Origin: Blastocladiella emersonii ATCC 22665
Lineage: Eukaryota; Fungi; Blastocladiomycota
DNA length: 64,000 nt
Direction of reading: 5' to 3'
NCBI GenBank assembly: GCA_025594325.1
Contig: JANHCV010000001.1
Location: forward strand, 2,604,001-2,668,000
Shown: positions 10,957-22,448 of the stretch, in pieces
Numbering within the stretch: position 1 is the first letter of the stretch
How the letters are laid out: each line of letters starts with the position of its first letter
Translations under genes and position numbers: made by a program
Notes under the pieces: model-generated
Database searches by the model: none
Seen by the model: only the letters and a program-made list of their open reading frames with translations
What the model was told of the DNA's origin: nothing

Positions 10957-13900
10957 ATGGATCCGTCGACCCCGTTCGGCGCCTCGGGCATGTCGCTCCG
11001 CGCGTCCGTGTCGCGCAGCGCGGCCTTCCGCAGCAGCGTCATGAGCAATGCGAGCACCGTCGTGACCGCTGCGGCCAAGGCCGCCGCCGCCGAGTCCGCG
11101 CCTACCGCGAAGCGCTCCGACGGACTCAACGACTACCTCCGCCGCGTGCGCCGCATGCCCGAGGAGATCAAGCAAGCCATGAAGAGTGCGTTACCCCGCT
11201 CCTCGCAACCACTTCGTACCCGTGCTCACCGTTTGGGCGAATGTAGACACACGCTCGATCCGCACCGCGCTGTGCGCCGTGACCGACACGGCGGCGCTGG
11301 CGACCCCGACCGGGTGCTACCTGTGGCGGTGCTCGGCCGACGTTGACGGCGCCGAGGTGTACCTGCTGCAGTACCCGCCCGAGTTCGCCAAGGCGTGCGA
11401 ACTAGATGCCTACCGCAGCGAGGACGGCATGGACGTGGACGGCGACGGGCAGCAGCCGAGCTACGATCTCGGTCTCGGCGACGACGCCGACCTGTACCGC
11501 GGCGCGCCGCACGTCGCGCTCGTCCCGATCGACCACCGGTTCGCCCTGACGGTCCTCGTGTCGCCGCGTGGCGGCCGCGTGCTCGTGTTCCCCGACCCGC
11601 TCGCGCGCCCCGTGATGGCGACGCTGCCGCTGTTCGACCACGCGGACGGCAACGAGGAGCTCGCCGATGACACGCTCGTCAGCGTCACGACGGCCCGCGA
11701 CGTGGTCCTCGTCGCCACCACGTACCGCCTCATCGCCATGCGCGTCGACGACATTGGCAAGTGGACCGTGCTGCAGCCCAAGCCCGAGTTCTCGCTCACG
11801 TCGCTGTTCAGCGCCAGCGTCGCGTACTTTGGCCCTGCCGCCGGCCTCCTCCCGCCCGCGCAGCCCGCCAAGATCATTGCCGTCGCCACGCGCGGCCGCG
11901 ACTTCCTCGTCCTGACCGACCAGCGCCTCGAGCTGTGGTCGCCGCCCGCGTCGGGCGACTCGTCTACCGCGATCCTCGTGCACACCGCGCAGTCCGGGCG
12001 CAACGTCGCCGAGCTCGTCCTATCGGACCCCGAGCCCGGCCTCCCGCTGCTCCCCGTCGGCACCGGCATCGTGCACCTCGCCGCGAGCGAGGACGACGCG
12101 GGCTCGGTGCTCGTGACGGTGCGCAACCCGTACCGTGCGCGCGAGTACCTCGTGCACGCGATCGCCGACGCATTCGCCAAAAACGCGTTTGTCGAGGCGC
12201 ACCGGATCCCCAAGACGACCGACCCGCTGCGCACCGTGGTCCGGCTGACCCCACACACGTCGCTGCTCGTGTTCGCGTCGGGCGTCGAGGCCGTCGAGGC
12301 CGCGATGCAGACCGAGTTCACGTGGAAGCGCGGGCACCGCAACCTCGCGGGCGCGGCCGTCGCCCTCGACGACCACCGCGCGCGCCTGCTCGACCCCGTC
12401 CACGGGCTGTACGAGTTCAACCTCCACCAGTTCGGCCAGCGCGCGCTCCCGCCGCCCATCGACAACTCGCACGGCGCCTTCAAGTACGACCGCGACGCCG
12501 GGTCGCCGCGCCGCGGGACCAGCGTCCACGACATGCCCGCCGCCCACGCCCTGCGGACTACCGTCTACAGCCTGTTCCGGCCGCGCGCCGGCGCGCGCGT
12601 GCCCTCGGACACGGACGTCCAGGCGGTCCTCGCCGACCTCGTCGCGCACATCGCGCACTCCGCCGACGCGGCGGCCGCGGTCGATAACGCCAAGACGCAG
12701 GCCGAGTACCTGCACCACCTCGTGTACGTGCTGCGCGAGTGGCCGCACGCGGCGGGCGGGATCGAGGCGCGCGTCGGCGCCGACACCCGCGCGCGCATCT
12801 GGGACGCGGTCACGGGTGCGCACGCGCTCATCGAGCTGCACGTGTCCAACTTCCTCGCGCCCGTCGTCGCTGAGCATGGGACCGAGTTTTTCGGGGCCGG
12901 GTTCCGCCACCAGGTCGCGGCGCTCGCCGAGTCGGCCCGCGCACGGATCCAGGCTGCGGCTGACGCAGACCGCGACCACCTCCCCGCGGCGCAGGACGCG
13001 TGCACCGCGGCGATCCGGACTCTGGGCATCCTCGTGGCGCACGCGACGCGCGACGGCACGGCTGAGCTCGCGGCGGACCTCGAGGTGCGCGGGATCCTCG
13101 CCGAGGGCGTGTTCGACCCGGCGGTCGAGGTCGCCAACGCGGTGCTCGACGGGCTCACGAGCCACCAGCTGCCCGGCCTCGCCAGCGCCAAGGCGGACGG
13201 CGAGCCGAGCCCCATGGCGTCGCCGTCGTTCCTGCGCGTGGTCTCGATGCTGCTGACCGAGGCGCACAAGCTGCTCGACATTGACGTGGACGCGGCGCGC
13301 GTGGTGACGTGGGAGTCAGTTGTGACGGCGATCCTGGCGCTCGCGCCGACGCTCGCGGCCGAGGTGGTGACGAGCGTCGGGTGGGAGTCGCACGCGGCGC
13401 TGTTCGGTCGGATCCTCGCGCACGAGCACCTGCCCGAGGCGCGCGACACCGCGGCGCGCATCCTCGACATGTACCCGGCGGCCTCGTTCCCGTTCGCCAC
13501 GGCGTACCTGGCCGCGCTCGTCGCCACGGGGCAGCACTCGGCCGCGCTCGAGGTCGGCACCGCGCACCGCGACGCGTTCGAGGCGTACCTCGCCTCGGCC
13601 GCAGACGTCCCGCCGCTCCTCCGCGCCATGTACCTCGTCACGACGGACCAGGCGGGCCGCGCGCTCGACGATCTCGTGGCGGTCGTCACCACGACGCGGT
13701 CGGTCGAGACGGGGCGCGTCGCGCTCGGGATGCTCGCCGTCGCGGCCGCCGAGTCGCGCGTCGGCGACCGGTACGCGGCGTTCATCCGCGTGCACGACGC
13801 CGTGTTTGCGGCCGAGGCCCGGTTCCAGGACGCGTACCTCGCGCCGAAACAGTCGGACGCGGGCGCGGCCGAGGTCCCCGAGCACGTGCAGCGCGTCGCG

Positions 13901-14362
13901 CGCAACCGGTTCCGCCTCCCCGTGCCGTGGCTGATCGACGGCGCGCCGCTCGATGCAATCCCCGTGTTGGCCGAAATCCTCGCGGACGCGACGGCGAACG
14001 GGATCGACAGTGTCACGGGCCCCGACGCGCGCGAGACGTGGCACCGGCTCGTCCGCCGCGCGCTGCTCGTGGCCAGTTTTGTGGGCGCCGACGGCGACGT
14101 GGTGGTGCCCGCCGACGACGCGCGCGTCGTGATCGACGCCCTGCGCGGGCATGTTGCAGAGCTCGGGCTCAGCAAGCACGCGGTCATCGCGCCCGACGCG
14201 GCGGCGGTCGCGCACAGCGAGGCGGGCGTCTGGCCCGAGGGCGTTGCCGGCGACGCGGCGTTTGCGGCTGCCGACGTGGTGCGCCGCGCGATCGCCGAGC
14301 GGGTCCGCGGCGCGCATTTCTGCAAGCTCCTCACGGACCTGTTCCCGCACGACCGCGAGTGA
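10957..14362 (+). CDS. NUP133: Probable nucleoporin Nup133; intron 11186-11246
   Basis: About 1,100 aa with a beta-propeller-like N-terminal half and an all-helical C-terminal half. The segment FPFATAYLAALVATGQHSAALE..FEAYL..LRAMYLV resembles the Nup133 C-terminal pattern; divergent. Confidence 0.6.
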
Positions 14363-14424
14363 GCGAGGCGAGATGGTTGTTTGGTGATTTGAATACACGT
14401 GTTTATTGCTATTCTCGGACATGA

Positions 14425-14958
14425 TTACACGGCCGTGGACTTGGTGACGGTGCCCTGGTTGAGCAGGGCCATCTCGACGGCGGCCGCGGCCCAGTCGACG
14501 CCGTGGTTGTGTCCCTCGGGCGCCAAGCCGGCGCGCAGCTCGGCCTGCTCCTCGGTGAGGCACGTCAGGACGCCGAACACGACGGGGGTGCCGGACTCGA
14601 GGCCGAGGTTCATGAGGCCCGTCGAGACCGCGTCGCAGATGTACTCGAAGTGCATGGTGCTGCCCTTGACGAGGACGCCGACGGGGATCGCCGCCGCGTA
14701 CGGCGTCCCCTTGGCCTTGGCCTGCGCGAGCAGCGACTTGGTCGCGAACGGCAGCTCGTACGCGCCGGGCACGGTGACCACGTCGATGTTCGCGCGCGGC
14801 ACGCCGTAGGTCTCGACCAGCGTCGACACGACGCCGCCCGCCAGCGCGTGCACGATCGAGGCGTTCCACCGCGTGTGCAGGACGAGGAAGCGCAGCGAGG
14901 ACACGGCGGTCGCGTCGAAATCGGACAGCAGCGCAACGGACTTGGCCTTCTCGAGCAT
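14425..14958 (-). CDS. RIB4: 6,7-dimethyl-8-ribityllumazine synthase
   Basis: LHTRWNASIV, VPGAYELP, GVLVKGSTMHFEYICDAV, PVVFGVLTC, QAELRAG, HNHGVDWAAAAVEM. Start codon uncertain. Confidence 0.95.
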   Translation of the reverse strand: MLEKAKSVALLSDFDATAVSSLRFLVLHTRWNASIVHALAGGVVSTLVETYGVPRANIDVVTVPGAYELPFATKSLLAQAKAKGTPYAAAIPVGVLVKGSTMHFEYICDAVSTGLMNLGLESGTPVVFGVLTCLTEEQAELRAGLAPEGHNHGVDWAAAAVEMALLNQGTVTKSTAV

Positions 14959-15192
14959 CTTGATTACGTTGCAATGGTGGGTTGCTTGCGGGAGCGGGGA
15001 CAGCCGGCGCGATGCTGCTGACCAAAGAGGCGGCGGCCGAGACACTAGTCAAAACACGGTGGCGTGGGCGCGGCGTGACCACTCGCAGACACGCGTCTCC
15101 GCTTTTCACGCGCCGCGCCAATCGCTCCGTTTTGCGGGGGGCGTTTCCTCGCCGGAGTCCCCGCTCCCTCACATCCCATGCATGCAGCGACC

Positions 15193-16461
15193 ATGACGAC
15201 CAAGCAGCGCCGCCAGCCCGCAACGACCGCCCGCAGCGACACCGGCAACGCGGGCCGCGCCGTCGTGGCCATGATCACGGGCGCCAACTCGTACGCCGCC
15301 GCCCCGGCCCCCGCACTCCAGGTGGAGCTAACCGCACCCTAACCACGCGTAGCGGCGTCGGGTTCGGCATCGCGCGCCGGCTGCTGCTCGCGCACGCGCG
15401 CGGCGAGTCGATTGACCGGCGCGGCCGCACCACCACCACCACCTCTGGCGGATCCGACCCCGCGATCGGGTCGCTGACCGTGGTGCTCGCGTGCCGCAAC
15501 AAGTCGCGCGCCGAGTCCGCGCGGTCGTCGCTGCTGTCCGAGTTCCCGGGCGCGGACGTGCAGGTGCTGCTGGTGGACGTGAGCGACCGCGGGTCCGTGT
15601 TCCGCGCGGCGGCCGAGGCGCGGGCGCGGTTCGCGGGCGGGATCACGCACCTGTTCTGCAACGCCGGTATCATGCCGACGTCCGGGCTCAACTGGACCGG
15701 GATCGCGCGGTCGGTGGTCACCAACCCGTACGAGCTGCTGACGTCCGGGTCGGGCGCCTTCTACCAGCCCGTCGGCACGCGCGACGCGCACGGCCGGGGC
15801 GCCGTGTTCATGGCCAACGTCGCGGGACACTACATGCTGGTGCGCGAGCTCGAGCCCGTGCTCCGTGCGGCGGGGAACGCGCGCGTCGTGTTTGCTAGCT
15901 CGTGGACGGCTTCCCCCAAGTATTTCTGCCCCGACGACGTCCAGGGCGTCTACTCGGCGTTCCCATACCAGTCGTCCAAGTACGCCGTCGACCTCATCAC
16001 GCTCGCCCTCGAGAAGCGGTACGCCGGGTCCGGGATTCGCTTCTTCTCCACGTGCCCCGGCACCGTCTACACCAGCGTCATCCAGATCCCGCTGCCGTCC
16101 GCGTTCATGCTCGCCTTCTACACCTTCGTACGCCCTTCCTTGTGCCCTGTTCCCGCTCCATGCACTAACACTCGCTCACGACCAGTTCCGCTTCTTCTTC
16201 ATCTCGGCCCTGACCATCAACGCGTACAACGGCGCCGCCTCGGCCCTGTACACCGCGCTGCGCCCGGACCGCGACCTCGACGGGGGCAAGTTCAAGTACG
16301 TGTCGCGCGCGTCGCCGCTCGGCACCGCCTACGTCGAGCGCCACCCGCTCGCCCCCGCCGACTCGACCACAACCGACGAGATGCGCGACCCGCGCATCAT
16401 GGCGGGGCTCGTCGAGGCCACGTGTATCCGGCTCATGACCGAGGAGGAGCGGAGAGTTTAA
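15193..16461 (+). CDS. ERG27: 3-keto-sterol reductase (Erg27/HSD17B7, SDR family); 3 exons
   Basis: Spliced ITGANS-GVGFGIARRL, LACRNKSRAE, LFCNAGIM, FMANVAGHYML, PYQSSKY. Confidence 0.85.
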
Positions 16462-16498
16462 AGGGGGGATGTTGTATTATACACGTAGACGTTTGAGA

Positions 16499-18134
16499 TT
16501 ACAGCGGGCCCATCTCGACCTCGCACCGCGCCCCCGCCGCCGCCTCGTACTGCGGCGGCCGCTCGCGCGGCGTCTCTTCATCCTCGTCGTCCTCGAAGAA
16601 GCCCTCGTCGCTGCCGAGCACCTCCGTGTACGGGTTGGCGACGCACGGGCGGAACTTGTACCCGAGCACCGTGTAGAACCACGCCGAGACGCCCTCGGCG
16701 AACACCTCGGCGACCCACGTGTGTGTGTAGGGCAGTAGGGCGACCATGAACGTGGCGAGAATGCGCGTCGCGTAGAGGTAGACGACCACGCTAACGTACA
16801 GCCAGCCCCACAACTTGAGCTTGGCCATGGTCGCCGCCGCTTTCGCGGTTTCCTCGTCGGCCGCGTCCTGCGCCGCCGCCTCCAGCAGGTGCCGCCGCGT
16901 CGACAGGATCGTCCACAGGATGAGCAGGAACGAGAGCAGGTCGAAGAGAGGGAAGAAACCCGCCATCACGCTCCACCCCATCGAGCCCATGGCCAGCGTC
17001 TCGAGCAGCACGCGCGCCACGTTCGCGGCGAGCTGCAGCGGGATGATCCACAGGATCAGCTTGCGCTCCTTGGCCGGCAGGATCGGCCGCACAAACGACC
17101 AGCCCGCGCCGATCAGCGCGACGATGGAGACCGCGAGGGACGACTTGATGCTACACGCGGCGATGTCTTGGGTCAGTGGAGGGAGTAGAGGCCGATGTGG
17201 GCGGTGACGGCGTACAAGGTGAAGATGTAGGCGGCCCAGTCCCAGCCCTTGGCGTCGACGCCCTGGCTGAGCGAGTAGTACTGGACCTGCGGGAGGTCGG
17301 GAGGGTCAGCGTCGCAACAGTCAAGGTCAGCGCAGATGTCGTACCGAAACGAAGACCTTGTCGACCACGAGCAGCGCGACAAAGGCCAGCATCATCCAGT
17401 GAATGCGCAGGACTTGCGCGCTATCGATGAACACGCCAGTTAGTCCAGATAACTCGCGCAGCACGGCGCAAGACGTACTCGGGGACCCGCAGGAGATGGA
17501 CAAACTTGCCAAGAATCACGGTGTAGTAGACAGCGGCGATAAAGTAGACGCGGGGCATGGGCGCCAAGCCGATGTCGAGCAGCGAGTTGGGCGGGTTGAC
17601 GGCCGTGTAGTGCAAGTCGAGATCCACGACGACGGGCCGCAGCTCGCCCATATCCATATCGTCCTCGGCGCGCTCCACATCGTCCATGGTGAGCAGCTGG
17701 TTGCAGTTGACGAGGTAACCCGTCCAGTACCCGGCCTCGCCGTCCTTGACGCGGTGCACGTAGTTGAACGGCACGCTCGCGTTGCGCAGGTCGAGCACCA
17801 CATCGCTCCGCCGCACCACGCGCGCGTCCACGGGGCACAGGCCGTACTGCTCGACCATCTCCATCGTGTCGTCCTCAATCGCCGAGGTGCTCCGCAGCAG
17901 CAGGCCGACGAAGTTGTTGGTGTTGGCCGTGCGCCGCGTGTGCACCGCGAACCGCGACACGGTCAGGTTGAACTGCCCGCCCTCGGCGAACCCGAACGCC
18001 GAGACCGCGATGACAGCGCGCGGGTCGTCGCGCAGCTGCAGCTCGGCCGCGTGCGCTGGGGCCGCGGCGAGGGCGAGGAGGAGGACGGCGAGCAGGGCGC
18101 CGCCGGCGAGCGCGCGGAGCGCAGAGAGATGCAT
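16499..18134 (-). CDS. GPR107/GPR108-like (GOST / lung 7-TM) membrane protein; multi-exon
   Basis: Signal peptide, SAFGFAEGG lumenal domain, RIHWMMLAFV, IGAGWSFVRPILPAKERK, LQLAANVA, GYKFRP..NPY. Confidence 0.85.
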
Positions 18135-18398
18135 GGTAGTGTGCGGTTGCTGGGAGTCGGAGTCGCGGGCTCGACCCAGCTTCGATGGTGTGTTGAAGAG
18201 AGAGAGGGAGCGGAAGGGAGCCGCGTTGCCATGTCAGCGAGCCGCGGCGGCCGGTGTGGCGGCGCGGAGTGACGGAAGGCGCATCGCGTGCAGTGGCTGT
18301 GGCTGGGCGCGTCCCTCCCTCAACGCAATCCTGCGCGCCCTGACTGATGGCGAGTCGTGCATATAGTGAGACGGGGGTAAAAATTGGGTTGTGTATCG

Positions 18399-19265
18399 TC
18401 AATTCAGCGGCGAGGTTCCGGGCTCGGCGAGGAACTGCTGGAGAAAGTCGACGATCATGGGTTCCTTCATGGCCTGCAGCTTGTACTCGGTCAAGGACTA
18501 CGTGAGCGGGACGGGGCACGTCGTGAATGGGGTATCGTGCTGAGCGAGGAGGAGCGGGGAGCGTACCAGCTGACCGTCGCCGTTGACGTCCAGGTCCTCG
18601 AACAGGCGGCCGACGAGCTCGTTGATGCGCGCCGACTGGTCCTCGTTGTAGAAGGCTGAGTACTAGACGGGTGCGGAGCGGTGTCAGAGCGCGAAGTGTG
18701 CGCGCGGGGGAGGGGGGGCGTACGAGCTGCGAGGTGATCTTGAAGAGCTCCTTGCGTGTAATATATCCGTCTCGGTTAATGTCGTAGAGCTTGAACGACA
18801 CTACACAGCGGGTGCGAGAGCGGGGTGTCAGCGAGCCAGCCAGTCCAGCCCTCGAAAGAGCGAGGCGGGAAAACATGCACTCGAGCTTCTCTTCGGGCGT
18901 TCCGCGGGCAAAGACGGAGAGGCCCTCGACAAACTCCCGAAAATCAATGGTCTTGTCACCGTTGGCGTCAAAGGCGTCGAAGAGGCGCTCGAGGAAGATG
19001 TTGCCGGCGGTCCACGTCGACACGTAGGGGTGGATGGTGGTCATAAACTGCTCGCGCGTGATGGTCGACGACTCGTCCTTGGCCGCCGCCTTCTCAAAGT
19101 CGGACCGCAGTTTCCGCATCTCGCTCGACGTGACTAGAGATGGGGCAGGGGATGAGCGCTCGCCCACTGCCTGCAGAGAGCACGCAGGAGCAGCATACAG
19201 TGCGACTTGTTCTGCAACGCGGCCTCGTCGACGTGCGGCCGTTCTCTCGATAGTCCATGTCCCAT
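18399..19265 (-). CDS. Neuronal calcium sensor/frequenin-like EF-hand protein; multi-exon
   Basis: Spliced start MGHGLS (N-myristoylation pattern), SHF-TSSEMRKL, EF hands DANGDKTIDFREF, DINRDGYITRKE, DVNGDG. Confidence 0.85.
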
Positions 19266-19866
19266 TGCAGATAGTGTATGCGGTATATATCGTTGATACG
19301 TTGCAAGGCGGTGGACGGTAAGGAGAGCAGAGGAGGCGGCCCCTCGCTCGCTCCGGCTGCATTAATCCTCGCGTGACCGCGAGGCGTTACGCGTCTCCTC
19401 GCCGATGGCGCCCGCCGTCGCACACGCGGACAAGGGCACGCAGGACCAAGCTGCTCACGGGAAATGTCCCACGCTGGGCTGGCGGGAGACCAGTCAGTCC
19501 CCAGCTCGGGAACGTGGCAGATCGGCGTGGGCGAGCCCGAGCCCATCCGGCCAGTCTCGCGGGTTACATATGGGCACACGCACGCGCTGCGAGCGAAACG
19601 CGTCAATCGATTGCCCACGGCACGGTCACGGGCGGGAGTGCGAGACAGGTGTGGAGACAGGGCGACGCGACGACGCGACTCGGCGCGATGGGAGTGGCAG
19701 CTGCGCCGTTCCGAAAAGTTTTCGCGCGTTCGGCCGGCCGGTGTCGTCACCGGGCGCGGCGTGTTGATCGGCCTCAGCTTCGCCATAAACAGCGCGCCGC
19801 CCCCGCCAGCCGCCCTCGCTCTCCTCGTCGGACCCGCTTGCAGTACCCCACCACCCAGCCGCCACC

Positions 19867-21307
19867 ATGTTCGCCTCCAAGATCTTCGCCCGCGGCTTCT
19901 CGTCGTCGTCCCTGGCTGTACGCTGCTGCCCGCCGTCCTCGACACGATCCTCGGTCAGATCGCTGACTCGCGCCCCACTTTGCCATCTCGTAGCAGGCCA
20001 AGAAGGTTGCCGTCCTCGGCGCCGCTGTACGTGTCACGCTCTCGACCTGATCGCGCTGGTGCGCGCGCGTGTGTGTGCTCCCTCGGCGGCGATGTGCGCG
20101 CGGCCCTCGGCCCGGCCGCCGTGCTCGACGCGGTCGGTCGCCTCAAGCAGTATCCGATCGACACTCGGTCGCGCGTGCCCCGAGGTGATGTCGATGCAGG
20201 ATGATGGATGGGGTAGCAGTGGCCCGCATGAATCTCTATGCATCAACAACCGAACGCGCTGCCGGCCTCGCACGATCGACGCCGACCAACCGACCCCCGC
20301 GAGCGGGCACACACACGCGCGACGCGAGCACGACTGCACCCGCCGTAATGCCATGCTAATCCGCCTTCTCCTTTGGCACTCCCCAGGGCGGTATCGGCCA
20401 GCCCCTGTCGATGCTCCTCAAGCTGGAGTCGAAGCTCGTGTCCAAGCTCGCCCTCTTCGACATCGTCAACACCCCCGGCGTCGCCGCTGACCTGTCGCAC
20501 ATCGCCACCCCCGTCGAGGTCGAGGGCTACAAGGGCAACGACCAGCTCGAGGCCGCGCTCGAGGGCGCCGAGGTGGTGGTGATCCCCGCCGGTGTCCCCC
20601 GCAAGCCCGGCATGACCCGCGACGACCTGTTCAAGACCAACGCCGGCATCGTCAAGAACCTCGCCGAGGCGTGCGCCAAGGCCTGCCCCAACGCCCACTA
20701 CCTCATCATCTCCAACCCCGTGAACTCGACCGTCCCCATCTTCGCCGAGGTCCTCAAGCAGCACGGCGTCTACAACCCCCGCCACCTCTTCGGTGTCACC
20801 ACCCTCGACGTCGTCCGCGCCTCGACCTTCGTCGGCAAGGTCCAGGGCTCCAACCCCGAGGAGGTTGCCGTCCACGTTGTCGGCGGCCACTCCGGCCCCA
20901 CCATCGTCCCCCTGCTCTCGCAGACCGGCCTCACCTTCACCGACGAGGAGCGTGCCGCCCTGACCAAGCGCATCCAGTACGGCGGCGACGAGGTCGTCCA
21001 GGCCAAGGACGGCACCGGCTCGGCCACCCTCTCCATGGCGTACGCCGGCGCCCGCTTCGCCGTCTCCCTCCTCAAGGCCCTCCACGGCGAGAAGGGCATC
21101 GTCGAGCCCACCTTTGTCGAGTCGCCCATCTACAAGTCGGAGGGCGTCGACTTCTTCGCCACCAAGGTCACGCTCGGCGAGGACGGCGTCGAGCAGATCC
21201 ACCCCATCGGGGAGGTCACCCCCTACGAGGAGGAGCTCCTCGCCGCCTGCGTCCCCGAGCTCAAGAAGAACATTGCCAAGGGCCTCGACTTTGTCGCCTC
21301 GGCCTAA
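19867..21307 (+). CDS. MDH1: Mitochondrial malate dehydrogenase; introns 19918-~19993 and 20027-20386
   Basis: Presequence [13 protein letters not shown], spliced [52 protein letters not shown]. Confidence 0.97.
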
Positions 21308-21530
21308 GTTCTTTCCCATACGCTCGCGGCCCCCCTCGCTCGCGTGAGTGTGCGCAGTGTGTCCAAATGCAATAAGAATGTGTATAGCCATCAACCATCT
21401 CTCCTGTGATTGAGCGCAAGGTCGGAGAGCTCGAGTGTGGAGGAGTCGAAGGAAATCTCGTGCGCATAACCACCGCGTGGTCCCGCGACCGGTCCTCGCT
21501 CCCGCAGCTCGCGCCCTCTTGATCAGTTTG

Positions 21531-22368
21531 ATGATCAGCCTTCTCCGCCGTGTCTATCCGCTGTCCAACTTGTTCGCCATGGCCACTCCCGCTGCCTCCG
21601 CTGCCGCCGCCGCCGCGCGCCCCCTCGAGAAGCCGCTCGTGTGGATCGACTGCGAGGTCCGGCTGCTTCGCCCGCCGTCCATCGCGGCGTCAACTGGTCA
21701 ACTCACGAGATGGACGATACGTGTAGATGACGGGCCTCGACCTGTCCAAGGACCACATCATCGAGATCGCGTGTATCATCACCGACAAGGACCTGAACGT
21801 CGTCGCCGAGGTACTCTCCGCCTCGCTCCCTCCCTTCAACCTCCGCTCACCTCCCGAACCGGCCCATAGAGCGACGAGATCATCATCAACCAGCCGCAGC
21901 ACGTCATGGACGGCATGAACGCGTGGTGCGTCGAACACCACGGCAAGTCGGGTCTGACGGCGGCGGTCCTGGCGTCGACCGTGTCCATGGCCGACGCCGA
22001 GCAGCGCGTGCTCGACTTCATCCGCGCCCACGTCCCGGACCGCGGCGCCGGCCTGCTCGCGGGCAACTCGGTCCACGCCGACAAGCAGTTCCTCCAGATC
22101 GACATGCCGCGCGTCGTCGAGCACTTGAGTTACCGTATTCTTGACGTGTCCACGGTCAAGGAGATTGTGAATCGGTGGTACCCCAAGGTCGCCGAGGGCC
22201 GCCCCGCGAAGAATTTCTCGCACCGGTACGCTTGCGTGCTTCGTTTCTCTCTGCGTGGTCGCTGACCAGCATCGCATCGTGTTATGTAGCGCGCTCGACG
22301 ATATCCGCGAGAGCATCGCCGAGCTCAAGTACTACCGCGAGCGCGCCTTCATCCCGCGCGACGAGTAG
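21531..22368 (+). CDS. REX2: Oligoribonuclease (Rex2/Orn); multi-exon; two in-frame ATGs (21531, 21579)
   Basis: [64 protein letters not shown]. Confidence 0.95.
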
Positions 22369-22448
22369 AAGGAGCCTCACCCTCACCAACAACCAAGATT
22401 CAAACGCGCAAGTCGCCAATATATAACCCTCCTCATCTCATAACCATC

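Noticed and set aside
14959-15192. FMN riboswitch upstream of RIB4
   Set aside because: No RFN consensus seen; the region looks like a compact bidirectional RIB4/ERG27 promoter.
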